Shown: in pieces, positions 39,644 through 54,639 of the stretch
Position numbering within the stretch: position 1 is the stretch's first letter
Layout of the letters: every line of letters begins with the position of its first letter
NCBI GenBank assembly: GCA_951406725.2
Contig: OX597838.1
Span: 15,562,001 to 15,626,000 of the forward strand
Length of the DNA: 64,000 bases
Source of the DNA: Octopus vulgaris
Lineage: Eukaryota
Direction of reading: 5' to 3'
The notes under the pieces: generated by a model
What the model was told of the DNA's origin: nothing
What the model saw: the letters and a program-made list of their open reading frames with translations, nothing else
Databases searched by the model: none
Position numbers and translations under genes: made by a program

Positions 39644-42600
39644 AGGATTAAAAGTTAGACTCTTTCCTTTCTTCTCTCCTTTTCATATTTTTTTCTATTT
39701 TCCTATTTGCGACAATTTGTTACAATATCTTTCTTCTCAATTTGTCTTTCATATCTCTCTTTCCCACCTCTGTTTATCTGTCTCTATGTCACTCTCTCCC
39801 TCTGCGCCCCTCTCTCTCTCTCACTCTATCCCCATCTCTCTCTCTCCGCCTCTCTTTCTCCCCCCTCTCTCTCTCTGTAACGTACACTCGGTTATTTCAC
39901 GGAGAACGTCAAACCGGAGTTATCCGGAAAAAGCCGAATCACTCCTTCTTCCAGTTTGGAGCAGACGATAACTTTCAAGAGAATTTATCGTCTGCTAAAA
40001 TAGCTCACAGTCAAATCAACTTTGCATGATCCTCGTACACTTCATGAAAGAAAGATGTCTAAATTCAAGCATTGAAGGTGAAGTACCATATTCAGTCCAT
40101 TCAAAGATATTCATTTCTTCTTTAATACTTATGAATTTGTACTTAACGTGTTTTCTATCCCGAAGCCAAAAACGGGGAAATATTTTAATGAGGAAATTGG
40201 TATTGTTCAGACTCCTTACCGTCTGGTCTCTATCTCTTTATTCTCTCTCTCTGTCTCTATCTAATGAATATATATTCGTGTGTGTATGTACACGTACACA
40301 CACACGCACACACACACACACACGCACACACACAAATGCACACACACGAAGACACATACACACACGTATGTACGTACACACACACACACTCACAGAAATG
40401 CGAGAAATTACAGCTAAATTTTTCTCCCTGTCACTCGCTGCATTCTCAAAAAATGAAGGGCCACATAAAGGACAAAATAGCATGTACACGCGTACATTTA
40501 TGACATTACACGTACATACACTTATACATACACTAATACATACATACATACATACATACATGCATACATACATACATACATACATACATACATACATACA
40601 TACATACATACATTTATACATACACACATACATACATGCATGCATACATACATACATACATACATACATACATACATACATACATTTATACATACATACA
40701 TACATACCACACATACATACATAATGGCTGCCCCCCCCTCCCCCGTTATCGAGTATGGCCATTGCACGAAGCTTAACTGTTACTGGTGCTGTGATCGAAT
40801 GTGACTTTTTAGCCCAGCTAAAGATCTACAATGTCTTGTACAGAATTGGCAACTAAAACCTTTACCGGTAATAGCCGGCTGTAGTTGTAACTGGGCTTCA
40901 TGTACCTTTGCATACATACAAACATACATACATACATACATACATACATACATACATACATACATACATACATACATACACACTCACACACACATGCCAC
41001 GTTCAAGAAGTAGCACACACATACACACACACATTGAGGATTAAAAGTTAGACTCTTTCTTTCCTTTTCTCCTTTTCATATTCTTTTCTATTTTCCTATC
41101 TGCAAAACTTTGTTACAATATCTTTCTTCTCAATTTGTCTTTCATATCTCTCTCCCCACCTCTGTCTGCCTCTCTGTCTCTCCCCCTCTCTCTCTGTCTC
41201 TCCCCCTCTCTCTCTGTCTCTCCCCCCCTCTCTCTCTCCTCCCCTCTCTCTCTCTATCCCCTCTCTCTCTCTCCGCCGCTCTCTCCCCCCTCTCTCTCTC
41301 TCCGCCGCTCTCTCCCCTCTCTCTCTCTCTCCGCCGCTCTCTCCCGCCTCTCTCTCCGCTGCTCACTCCCTCTCTCTCTACATACATGCATGCATACATG
41401 CATACACTCACGCACACACACACTCACACACTCCCCCCTCTCTCTCAGTAACGTACACTCGGTTATTTCACGGAGAACGTTAAACCGGAGTTATCCGGAA
41501 AAAGCCGAATTACTCCTTCTTCCAGTTTGGAGCAGACGATACCTTTCAAGAGAATTTATCGTCTGCTAAAATAGCTCACAGTCAAATCAACTTTGCATGA
41601 TCCTCGTACACTTCATGAAAGAAAGATGTCTAAATTCAAGCATTGAAGGTGAAGTACCATATTCAGTCCATTCAAAGATATTCATTTCTTCTTTAATACT
41701 TATGAATTTGTACTTAACGTGTTTTCTATCCCGAAGCCAAAAACGGGGAAATATTTTGATGAGGAAATTGGAATTGTTCAGACTCCTTACCGTCTGGTCT
41801 CTATCTCTTTATTCTCTCTCTCTGTCTCTATCTAATGAATATATATTCGTGTGTGTATGTACACGTACACACACACGCACACACACAAATGCACACACAC
41901 GAAGACACATACACACACGTATGTACGTACACACACACACACTCACAGAAATGCACACTCACGCAGACACACACACGCACACACACACACACACACGTAC
42001 GTACACACATACACACACACACACACAAATGTACACACACAATTACACACACACAAATGCACACACACTCGCATGCACATACATACATACATACATACAT
42101 ACATACATACATAGCATTCAAGTCAAATTAGGAAATCTCTGCATAGTTGCATGACCTGCGAGAAATTACAGCTAAATTTTTCTCCCTGTCACTCGCTACA
42201 CTCTTAAAAAATGAAGGGCCACATAAAGAACAAAATAGCATGTACACTCTCTACATTTATGACATTACACGTACGTACACTTATACATACATACATACAT
42301 ACATACATGAATGCATACATACATACATTATGGCTGCCCCCCCTCCCCCGTTATCGAGTATGGCCATTGCACGAAGCTTAACTGTTACTGGTGCTGTGAT
42401 CGAATGTGACTTTTTAGCCCAGCTAAAGATCTACAATGTCTTGTACAGAATTGGCAACTAAAACCTTTACCGGTAATAGCCGGCTGTAGTTGTAACTGGG
42501 CTTCATGTACCTTTGCATACATACAAACATACATACATACATACATACATACATACATACATACATACATACATACATACATACATACACACTCACACAC

Positions 42601-43518
42601 ACATGCCACGTTCAAGAAGTAGCACACACATACACACACACATTGAGGATTAAAAGTTAGACTCTTTCTTTCCTTTTCTCCTTTTCATATTCTTTTCTAT
42701 TTTCCTATCTGCAAAACTTTGTTACAATATCTTTCTTCTCAATTTGTCTTTCATATCTCTCTCCCCACCTCTGTCTGCCTCTCTGTCTCTCCCCCTCTCT
42801 CTCTGTCTCTCCCCCTCTCTCTCTGTCTCTCCCCCTCTCTCTCTGTCTCTCCCCCTCTCTCTCTGTCTCTCCCCCTCTCTCTCTGTCTCTCCCCCTCTCT
42901 CTCTGTCTCTCCCCTCTCTCTCTGTCTCTCCCCTCTCTCTGTCTCCCCTCTCTCTCTCCCCTCTCTCTCTATCCCCTCTCTCTCTCTCCGCCGCTCTCTC
43001 CCCCTCTCTCTCTCTCTCCGCCGCTCTCTCCCGCCTCTCTCTCCGCCGCTCACTCCCTCTCTCTCTACATACATGCATGCATACATGCATACACTCACGC
43101 ACACACACACTCACACACTCCCCCCCCTCTCTGTAACGTACACTCGGTTATTTCACGGAGAACGTTAAACCGGAGTTATCCGGAAAAAGCCGAATTACTC
43201 CTTCTTCCAGTTTGGAGCAGACGATAACTTTCAAGAGAATTTATCGTCTGCTAAAATAGCTCACAGTCGAATCAACTTTGCATGATCCTCGTACACTTCA
43301 TGAAAGAAAGATGTCTAAATTCAAGCATTGAAGGTGAAGTACCATATTCAAATCATTCAAAGATATTCATTTCTTCTTTAATACTTATGAATTTGTACTT
43401 AACGTGTTTTCTATCCCGAAGCCAAAAGGGGGAAATATTTTGATGAGGAAATTGGAATTGTTCAGACTCCTTACCGTCTGGTCTCTATCTCTTTATTCTC
43501 TCTCTGTCTCTATCTCAT

Positions 43519-43553
<35 letters not shown>

Positions 43554-45150
43554 GACACATATACACACACATACGTACACACTCACACACACACTCACAC
43601 AAATGCACACATATGCAGACACATATACACACACACGTACGTTCACACACACACTCACACAAATTCACACACACACACACACAAATGCACACACGCAGAC
43701 ACATACACATACACACACGTACGCACACACACACACACACACACGCACGCGCAGACACACACACACGTACACACACACACACACACACACACAAATGCAC
43801 ACACACACACACACATGCACATACATACATACATACATACATACATAGCATTCAAGTCAAATTAGATAATCTCTGCATAGTTGCATGACCTGCGAGAAAT
43901 TACAGCTAAATTTTTCTCCCTGTCACTCGCTGGGTTCTTAAAAAATGAAGGACCAAATAAAGGACAAAATAGCATGTACACTCTCTACATTTATGACATT
44001 ACACGTACGTACACTTATACATACATACATACATGAATGCATACATACATACATTATGGCTGCCCCCCTCCCCCGTTATCGAGTATGGCCATTGCACGAA
44101 GCTTAACTGTTACTGGTGCTGTGATCGAATGTGACTTTTTAGCCCAGCTAAAGATCTACAATGTCTTGTACAAAATTGGCAACTAAAACCTTTACCGGTA
44201 ATAGCCGGCTGTAGTTGTAACTGGGCTTCATGTACCTTTGCATACATACAAACATACATACATACATACATACATACATACATACATACATACATACATA
44301 CACACTCACACACACATGCCACGTTCAAGAAGTAGCACACACATACACACACACATTGAGGATTAAAAGTTAGACTCTTTCTTTCCTTCTCTCCTTTTCA
44401 TATTCTTTTCTATTTTCCTATCTGCAAAACTTTGTTACAATATCTTTCTTCTCAATTTGTCTTTCATATCTCTCTCCCCACCTCTGTCTGCCTCTCTGTC
44501 TCTCCCCCTCTCTCTCTGTCTCTCTCCCTCTCTCTCTGTCTCTCCCCCTCTCTCTCTGTCTCTCCCCCCTCTCTCTCTCTCTCCTCCCCTCTCTCTCTCT
44601 ATCCCCTCTCTCTCTCTCCGCCGCTCTCTCCCCCTCTCTCTCTCTCTCCGCCGCTCTCTCCCGCCTCTCTCTCCGCCGCTCACTCCCTCTCTCTCTACAT
44701 ACATGCATGCATACATGCATACACTCACGCACACACACACTCACACACTCCCCCTCTCTCTCTGTAACGTACACTCGGTTATTTCACGGAGAACGTTAAA
44801 CCGGAGTTATCCGGAAAAAGCCGAATTACTCCTTCTTCCAGTTTGGAGCAGACGATAACTTTCAAGAGAATTTATCGTCTGCTAAAATAGCTCACAGTCG
44901 AATCAACTTTGCATGATCCTCGTACACTTCATGAAAGAAAGATGTCTAAATTCAAGCATTGAAGGTGAAGTACCATATTCAAATCATTCAAAGATATTCA
45001 TTTCTTCTTTAATACTTATGAATTTGTACTTAACGTGTTTTCTATCCCGAAGCCAAAAACGGGGAAATATTTTGATGAGGAAATTGGAATTGTTCAGACT
45101 CCTTACCGTCTGGTCTCTATCTCTTTATTCTCTCTCTGTCTCTATCTCAT

Positions 45151-45199
<49 letters not shown>

Positions 45200-46810
45200 G
45201 ACACATATACACACACATACGTACACACTCACACACACACTCACACAAATGCACACATATGCAGACACATACACACACACACTCACACAAATTCACACAC
45301 ACACTCACACAAATTCACACACACACACACACAAATGCACACACGCAGACACATACACATACACACACGTACGCACACACACACACACGCGCGCGCAGAC
45401 ACACACACACGTACACACACACACACACACACACACAAATGCACACACACACACACACATGCACATACATACATACATACATACATAGCATTCAAGTCAA
45501 ATTAGATAATCTCTGCATGGTTGCATGACCTGCGAGAAATTACAGCTAAATTTTTCTCCCTGTCACTCGCTGGGTTCTTAAAAAATGAAGGACCAAATAA
45601 AGGACAAAATAGCATGTACACTCTCTACATTTATGACATTACACGTACGTACACTTATACATACATACATACATGAATGCATACATACATACATTATGGC
45701 TGCCCCCCCTCCCCCGTTATCGAGTATGGCCATTGCACGAAGCTTAACTGTTACTGGTGCTGTGATCGAATGTGACTTTTTAGCCCAGCTAAAGATCTAC
45801 AATGTCTTGTGCAAAATTGGCAACTAAAACCTTTACTGGTAATAGCCGGCTGTAGTTGTAACTGGGCTTCATGTACCTTTGCATACATACATACATATAT
45901 ACATACATACATACATACATACATACATACATACATACATACATACACACTCACACACACATGCCACGTTCAAGAAGTAGCACACACATACACACACACA
46001 TTGAGGATTAAAAGTTAGACTCTTTCTTTCCTTCTCTCCTTTTCATATTCTTTTCTATTTTCCTATCTGCAAAACTTTGTTACAATATCTTTCTTCTCAA
46101 TTTGTCTTTCATATCTCTCTCCCCACCTCTGTCTGCCTCTCTGTCTCTCCCCCTCTCTCTCTGTCTCTCCCCCTCTCTCTCTGTCTCTCTCCCTCTCTCT
46201 CTGTCTCTCCCCCTCTCTCTCTGTCTCTCCCCCCTCTCTCTCTCTCCCTCCCTCTCTCTCTCTATCCCCTCTCTCTCTCTCCGCCGCTCTCTCCCCTCTC
46301 TCTCTCTCCGCCGCTCTCTCCCGCCTCTCTCTCCGCCGCTCACTCCCTCTCTCTCTACATACATGCATGCATACATGCATACACTCACGCACACACACAC
46401 ACACACACTCCCCCTCTCTCTCTGTAACGTACACTCGGTTATTTCACGGAGAACGTTAAACCGGAGTTATCCGGAAAAAGCCGAATTACTCCTTCTTCCA
46501 GTTTGGAGCAGACGATAACTTTCAAGAGAATTTATCGTCTGCTAAAATAGCTCACAGTCAAATCAACTTTGCATGATCCTCGTACACTTCATGAAAGAAA
46601 GATGTCTAAATTCAAGCATTGAAGGTGAAGTACCATATTCAAATTCATTCAAAGATATTCATTTCTTCTTTAATACTTATGAATTTGTACTTAACGTGTT
46701 TTCTATCCCGAAGCCAAAAGGGGGAAATATTTTGATGAGGAAATTGGAATTGTTCAGACTCCTTACCGTCTGGTCTCTATCTCTTTATTCTCTCTCTGTC
46801 TCTATCTCAT

Positions 46811-46857
<47 letters not shown>

Positions 46858-47026
46858 GACACATATACACACACATACGTACACACTCACACACACACTC
46901 ACACAAAAGCACACATATGCAGACACATACACACACACACGTACGTTCACACACACACTCACACAAATTCACACACACACACACACAAATGCACACACGC
47001 AGACACATACACATACACACACGTAC

Positions 47027-47058
<32 letters not shown>

Positions 47059-49368
47059 GCAGACACACACACACGTACACACACACACACAAATGCACAC
47101 ACACACACACACATGCACATACATACATACATACATACATACATAGCATTCAAGTCAAATTAGATAATCTCTGCATAGTTGCATGACCTGCGAGAAATTA
47201 CAGCTAAATTTTTCTCCCTGTCACTCGCTGGGTTCTTAAAAAATGAAGGGCCACATAAAGAACAAAATAGCATGTACACTCTCTACATTTATGACATTAC
47301 ACGTACATACACTTATACATACATACATACATACATACATTATGGCTGCCCCCCCTCCCCCGTTATCGAGTATGGCCATTGCACGAAGCTTAACTGTTAC
47401 TGGTGCTGTGATCGAATGTGACTTTTTAGCCCAGCAAAAGATCTACAATGTCTTGTACAAAATTGGCAACTAAAACCTTTACCGATAATAGCCGGCTGTA
47501 GTTGTAACTGGGCTTCATGTACCTTTGCATACATACAAACATACATACATACATACATACATACATACATACATACATACATACATACATACATACATAC
47601 ATACATACATACATACATACATACATACGTACATACATACATAAATGCATGCATACACGCTCGCACACACACACACACATAAACACACACACATTGAGGA
47701 TTAAGTTAGACTCTTTCCTTCCTTCTCTCCTTTTCATATTCTTTTCTATTTTCTTGTTTGCGATACTTTGTTACAGTATCTTTCTTCTCAATTTGTCTTT
47801 CATATCTCTCATTCCCACCTCTGTCTGTCTCTCTGTCTCTCTCCCTCTCCTCCCCTCTCTCTCACTCTCTCCCCTCTCTCTCTCTCTCTCCGCCGCTCTC
47901 TCCCCCCTCTCTCTGTAACGTACACTCGGTTATTTCACGGAGAACGTCAAACCGGAGTTATCCGGAAAAAGCCGAATTACTCCTTCTTCCAGTTTGGAGC
48001 AGACGATAACTTTCAAGAGAATTTATCGTCTGCTAAAATCGCTCACAGTTAACTCAATTTTGCATGATCCTCGTACACTTCACGAAGAAAGATGTCTAAA
48101 TTCAAGCATTGAAGGTGAAGTACCATATTCAGTTCATTCAAAGATATTCATTTCTTCTTTAATACTTATAAATTTGTACTTAACGTGTTTTCTATCCCGA
48201 AGCCAAAAACGGGGAAATATTTTAATGAGGAAAATGGTATTGTTCAGACTCCTTACCGTCTGGTCTCTATCTCTTTATTCTCTCTCTCTGTCTCTCTCTC
48301 TCTCTCTATCTCACTTTTATACATTGACACAACCAACAAACGACTAAATCTAAATCATGACAGATGATAACTAATGAATATATATTCGTGTGTGTATGTA
48401 CACCCACACACACACGCACACACACACACATGTACGTATACACACACACAGACGTACGTATACACACGCAGACATACACACACACACACAAATGCACACA
48501 CACGCAGACACATACACACACGTACGTACACACTCACACATTCTCTCACAAATACACACTTATGCAGCCACATACACACACTACGCACACACACACACAC
48601 ACTCACACAAATGCACATATATGCAGACACATACACATACACGTACGTACACACACACACACACACTCAGACAAATTCACACACACGCAGACACACACAC
48701 AAACACGCATGCACATACATAGCATTCAAGTCAAATTAGGAAATCTCTGCATGGTTGCATGACCTGCGAGAAATTACAGCTAAATTCTCCTCCCTGTCAC
48801 TCGCTACACTCTTAAAAAATGAAGGGCCAAATAAAGGACAAAATAGCATCTACACTCCCTACATTTATGACATTACACGTACATACATACATACATGAAT
48901 GCATACATACATACATACTTACATACACACACACACTCACACACACACAGAGACTCACACACACACACACTCCCCCTCTCTCTCTGTAACGTACACTCAG
49001 TTATTTAACGGAGAACGTCAAACCGGAGTTATCCGGAAAAAGCCGAATCACTCCTTCTTCCAGTTTGGAGCAGACGATAACTTTCAAGAGAATTTATCGT
49101 CTGCTAATAGCTTACAGTCAAATCAACTTTGCATGATCCTCGTACACTTCATGAAGAAAGATGTCTAAATTCAAGCATTGAAGGTGAAGTACCATATTCA
49201 ATTCATTCAAAGATATTCATTTCTTCTTTAATACTTATGAATTTGTACTTAACTTGTTATCTATCCCGAAGCCAAAAAGAAGAAATATTTTAATGAGGAA
49301 ATTGGTATTGTTCAGACTCCTTACCGTCTGGTCTCTATCTCTTTATTCTCTCTCTCTCTGTCTCTATC

Positions 49369-49408
<40 letters not shown>

Positions 49409-50435
49409 GCTCGCAGACACATATACACACACATACGTACACACACACACATACACACACTCACACAAATGCACACACATGCAGACACATACACACACAC
49501 ACGTACGTACACACACACACTCACACAAATATACACATACGTACGTACACACTCATACACACACTCACACAAATGCACACACACGCAGACACATACACAC
49601 ACACGTACGTACCCACACACACACTCATACAAATGCACATACACGCAGACACATACACACACAGACACACACACTCACACACATGCAGACACATACACAC
49701 ACACGTACGTACGTACACACACACACTCACACAAATATACACATACGTACGTACACACTCATACACACACACGCAGACACATACACACACACGTACGTAC
49801 CCACACACACACTCATACAAATGCACATACACGCAGACACATACACACACAGACACACACACTCACACACATGCAGACACATACACACACACACGTACGT
49901 ACCCACACACACACTCATACAAATGCACACACACACACACAAATGCACATACATACATACATACATAGCATTCAAGTCAAATTAGGAAATCTCTGCATAG
50001 TTGCATGACCTGCCAGAAATTACAGCTAAATTCTCCTCCCTGTCACTCGCTGCACTCTTAAAAAATGAAGGACCACATAAAGGACAAAATAGCATGTACA
50101 CTCTCTACATTTATGACATTACACGTACATACATACATACATACATACATACATACATACATACATACATACATACATACATACATACATACATACATAC
50201 ATGCATACATTATGGCTGCCCCCTCGTTATCGAGTATGGCCATTGCACGAAGCTTAACTGTTACTGGTGCTGTGATCGAATGTGACATTTTAGCCCAGCT
50301 AAAGATCTACAATGTCTTGTGCAAAATTGGCAACTAAAACCTTTACTGGTAATAGCCGGCTGTAGTTGTAACTGGGCTTCATGTACCTTTGCATACATAC
50401 ATACATACATACATACATAAATGCATGCATACACA

Positions 50436-50501
<66 letters not shown>

Positions 50502-51135
50502 GACACACATACACATGCCATGTACGAGGAGTAGCACACATATAAACACACACACATTGAAGATTAAGTTAAACTCTTTCCTTTCTTCTCTCCTTTTAAT
50601 ATTCTTTTCTATTTTCCTATTTGAGACAATTTGTTACAATATCTTTCTTCTCAATTTGTCTTTCATATCTCTCTCTCCCACCTCTGTCTGTCTCTCTGTC
50701 TCTCCCCCGCTCTCTCTCTCTCTCTCTTTCTCCCTCTCTATCCCCATCTCTCTCTCCCTCTCTCCGCCGCCCTCTCTCCCCCTCTCTCTCTGTAACGTTC
50801 ACTGGGTTATTTAACGGAGAACGTTAAACCGGAGTTATCCGGAAAAAGCCGAATTACTCCTTCTTCCAGTTTGTAGCAGACGATAACTTTCAAGAGAATT
50901 TATCGTCTGCTAAAATAGCTCAAAGTCAAATCAACTTTGCATGATCCTCGTACACTTCATGAAGAAAGATGTCTAAATTCAAGCATTGAAGGTGAAGTAC
51001 CATATTCAATTCATTCAAAGATATTCATTTCTTCTTTAATATTTATAAATTTGTACTTAACGTGTTTTCTATCCCGAAACCAAAAAGGGAAATATTTTAA
51101 TGAGGAAATTGGTATTGTTCAGACTCCTTACCGTT
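39644..51135. repeat. Tandem macrosatellite, 8 units
   Basis: Unit starts ~39644, 41037, 42646, 44359, 46004, 47697, ~48960 (deleted junction), ~50560; conserved blocks separated by CT, CA and TACA runs. Confidence 0.97.
40722..40912 (-). mobile_element. RTE-type LINE 3' tip encoding one C2H2 finger (six copies; stops at 40780, 42385, 44110, 45751, 47397, 50261)
   Basis: FSCQFCTRHCRSLAGLKSHIRSQH*, a short UTR and a (TATG)n tail. Confidence 0.7.
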
Positions 51136-51466
51136 TGTATGTACGTACATAAATGCATACATACATAAATGCATACATACATAAATGCATACATACATAA
51201 ATGCATACATACACGCACACACACACCACGTACAAGTGTACATAAACGTTTGCAACGATGATATATAATAATATACACATATACACACACAAAACGAGTG
51301 TATATATGTACGTGCGACTCAAGTGTAATCTAATACGCAAATAATATAATTATATATAATATAGCAAAATAACAGAATGAAAGGGATATAGGCCATACCC
51401 CATATTACTGTTTTATATTACTCGATATATTTATGCAGGCTGTGCATCCTACCATATATTAATTAA

Positions 51467-51860
51467 GAGTGGCTGTGTGGTAAGTAGCTTGTTTACCAAC
51501 CACATGGTTCCGGGTTCAGTCCCACTGCGTGGTACCTTGGGCAAGTGTCTTCTACTATAGCCCCAGGCCGACCAAAGCCTTGTGAGTGGATTTGGTAGAT
51601 GGAAACTGAAAGAAGCCCGTCGTATATATGTATATATGTATGTGTGTGTGTTTATGTGTCTGTGTTTGTCCCCCTAGCATTGCTTGACAACCGATGCTGG
51701 TGTGTTTATGTCCCCGTTACTTAGCGGTTCGGCAAAAGAGACAGATAGAATAAGTACTGGGCTTACAGAAGAATAAGCCCCGGGGTCGAGTTGCTTGATT
51801 AAAGGCGGTGCTCCAGCATGGCCGCAGTCAAATGACTGAAACAAGTAAAAGAGTAAAGAG
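51467..51860 (+). mobile_element. Full-length young tRNA-SINE family 2
   Basis: Head, internal (TG/TA)n and tail ...gcatggccgcagtcaaatgactgaaacaagtaaaagag. Confidence 0.9.
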
Positions 51861-52749
51861 TATTCCACCAAGTTTTGGGGATTCTATATTGGCAATCTGG
51901 TAATAGATAAATAAATAAATAGCGACGAAGGAGCTTTGGAAGAAAAAAAACAAAAGACTTAGCGTTTAACCAAGTTAAACAATCGATTAGATCGTTGGAT
52001 TTTTAACCAACTGACTAATGATAAAAGAGTGGAAGTGAACTAGTACGTGTGTTATTAATACTGGCATAATGACTCTCCCTAAACACAGTAAAATTTGTTT
52101 CAACATACGAATTCGCAAACTAAATACGAAAACGAAGTAAAGGTGTAATATTTGGTAAGATAGGATTGGGTTGTAAGGGAAATAACTAGTAATTGTAATT
52201 GACTACTAAAATTAGCAGAGTTACTTCCCTTAAATAACTGTAATGTCCATGTGCAGGTATATGAGGATGCTTCTATAGGATCGCTCGACTTGCTAGAAAC
52301 ACGCAGAGAGATATCTCTTATATCACACCTTGAGAAATGGGAAAAGTAGCGGAAGAGTACTTTAGATAAAGTAATGTAAGTGCAGGTGTGGCTGTGTGGT
52401 AAGATGCTTGCTTCCCAACTATATGGTTCCGGGTTCAGTCCCACTGCTTGGCATCTTGGGCAAGTGTCTTCTACTATAGCCTCGAGCCAACCAAAACCTT
52501 GTCAGTGGATTTTGTAGACGGAAACTGAACGGCTCGTTGTATGTGTGTGTGTGTATAGGCAAGTATATATGTTTGTGTGTATGTGTGTGTGTGTGTGTGT
52601 GTGTTTCTGTGTTTGTCCCCTCGCCACCGCTTGACAACAGGTGTTCACGTGTTTACATTCCCATAACTTAGCGGTTTGGCAAAAGTAATCCGATAAAATA
52701 AGTACCAGGCTTAACAAAAATAAGTACTGGGGTAGATTTATTTGGAGAG

Positions 52750-52782
<33 letters not shown>

Positions 52783-53667
52783 GGGAGAGAGAGAGAGGAG
52801 AGAGAGTGATAGACAGAGATGTGAGGTCAAGGTACAAGGTAAAGAAGAGAGACAGAATAGAGGAGAAAATGTGGATGTGTAGGCAAGTGCATTAGAGGGA
52901 GAATAGTTTAACAGACGATTAAAAATTGGGATTGAGGTGAACGTGGAGAATATCATTTCAGCGGAGGATGGGAGTGTAAAGGAAGGCAATAGAATTCAAC
53001 AGAAGATTGATGGAAGAATGGATGTGGGTGATGAACTGTTGGGGAAGGCTTGACAGACCCTCAATTCTGCTGATATGGACGGGTCATTTCAAGCACAGTA
53101 TATCACCATTCATCTCACTACCCCATCATCTAGGAGAGGTTCAACATCTTGAAGTCAGTCTTCACCATTTCATTCTCCGTCTTTCTGGATCTCCATCCTC
53201 CACACGCTTCTATGTTTAGCACTCAGTACTCCTTTTTAGAGCTGTTCTCATCCATCTGTATCGCATAAACATACCAGCACACTCTTCTCTTCTGCACACC
53301 ACATTTGACACCTATTAAGCCTAATTTTTCTCTCAACACATTTGTACTTTGTTGATGTACACACACACTGATTTTGCACATTCATCAGTGCATACCAGTA
53401 TCATTTCTTTCTAGTCCTCGCATGTCAACTGCATTCACAGCTCAAGCTTCACAACCCAAGTTTCACAACCATGTAGTAAAGCTGTTCATACACAGACTGT
53501 ATAATCTGCCTTTCACTCTAACAGAGAGATCTTTTGTTGCCAACAGAGGTAATAGTTTCTCTAAACTTTCCCCAGCCAATCCTTATTCTAACCACTATAC
53601 TTTTATAGTACCCTCCTCCTCAGCAAGTTAGGTCATCTAGGTAACAGAAACTATCTACCACTTATAG

Positions 53668-53980
53668 CAGAGATCGGGGAACTTTTTTAACCAATTACCC
53701 CAAAATATATTTATTTATACAGACGTTACTCCCTTGATTTGAAAGGAAGAACATCATAGATTCTTTCAATTTAAAAGGTCTATTGAATCTATTTGGCATG
53801 GTGTCTCCTAAACACATTCATTACATTTGAAAGATGCAGTGTTACCAGAAGAAAAATCTCTGTCATGACACGGAACACATTTTTATATAAGTCCTCATAT
53901 TTTTATATGAGTCCTCATTACACCCAAGAATTTCATTTTTACCCCACTTGAGATAATTTACCCCAGCTTGTCGAGCCCTG
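53668..53980. mobile_element. hAT-type MITE nested in the LINE
   Basis: CAG...CTG ends; 8-bp TSD acttatag / acgtatag; LINE sequence resumes when it is removed. Confidence 0.8.
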
Positions 53981-54349
53981 ACGTATAGAAAGCCTCCTGG
54001 ACTTCAAGAACATCTATTTCCCGTGCCTACATATCTGACTATAAAGATAATGTCAGTGGTACTTCTCCCTGGCACAAAGTTAAACAACATTTCATCTAAT
54101 CTGATTCTGTTCCTAATTAATTGGGCTATAGCTCTTTCTGTAACTTTCATGACCTTGTCCAGCAACTTGATACCTCTGTAATTACTTCTATCTTAGGCAT
54201 TTCCCTTACCCTTGTAGCAGTTGACAATAATGCAGCTACACCAGTCACTGGGGACGACACCTTGATGAATGATCTGACTAACAACATGGGTGACTAGACC
54301 ATATCCTACTCTGTCAGACATTTTAAGCATCTCACCAGTAACTCCCGAT

Positions 54350-54639
54350 AGACCAGGGGCTTTCCCTCTCTTCATATCCTTAATAGCCTTATCTATTATA
54401 CTGCTATCAACATGAATAGTTGATCCCTCTGTTGGGTTCACATAAGGGAGATTCCCTCTCTGCCACTCATTCTCCTCATTTAATAGCCTTTCACAGACCA
54501 GGGGCTTTCCCTGTCTTCATATCCTTAATAGCCTTATCTATTATACTGCTATCAACATGAATAGTTGATCCCTCTGTTGGGTTCACATAAGGGAGATTCC
54601 CTCTCTGCCACTCATTCTCCTAATTTAATAGCCTTTCAC
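54350..54639. repeat. 145-bp direct tandem duplication
   Basis: 54350-54494 versus 54495-54639, two substitutions seen. Confidence 0.95.

Noticed and set aside
39718-39750. U7 snRNA resemblance (tgttaca..tcttt..aatttgtct)
   Set aside because: No AG completing the Sm-like site and no 3' stem-loop.
39974-39982. TTCAAGAGA, the common synthetic shRNA loop, inside the hairpin
   Set aside because: The stem is only 12 bp and offset from the loop, there is no Pol III cassette or vector sequence, and the copies diverge naturally.
40160-40230. Spliced-leader-like RNA on the minus strand (cg|gtaagg inside a hairpin)
   Set aside because: No proper Sm site, the upstream sequence is (AG)n, and SL trans-splicing is not established in this group.
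40026-40260. Repeated ORF MILVHFMKERCLNSS...
   Set aside because: Frameshifted in several units, runs into microsatellite, and has no recognisable domain.
39644-51135. CRISPR-like repeat-spacer array
   Set aside because: Eukaryotic context, kilobase units, spacers are homologous microsatellites, and there are no cas genes.
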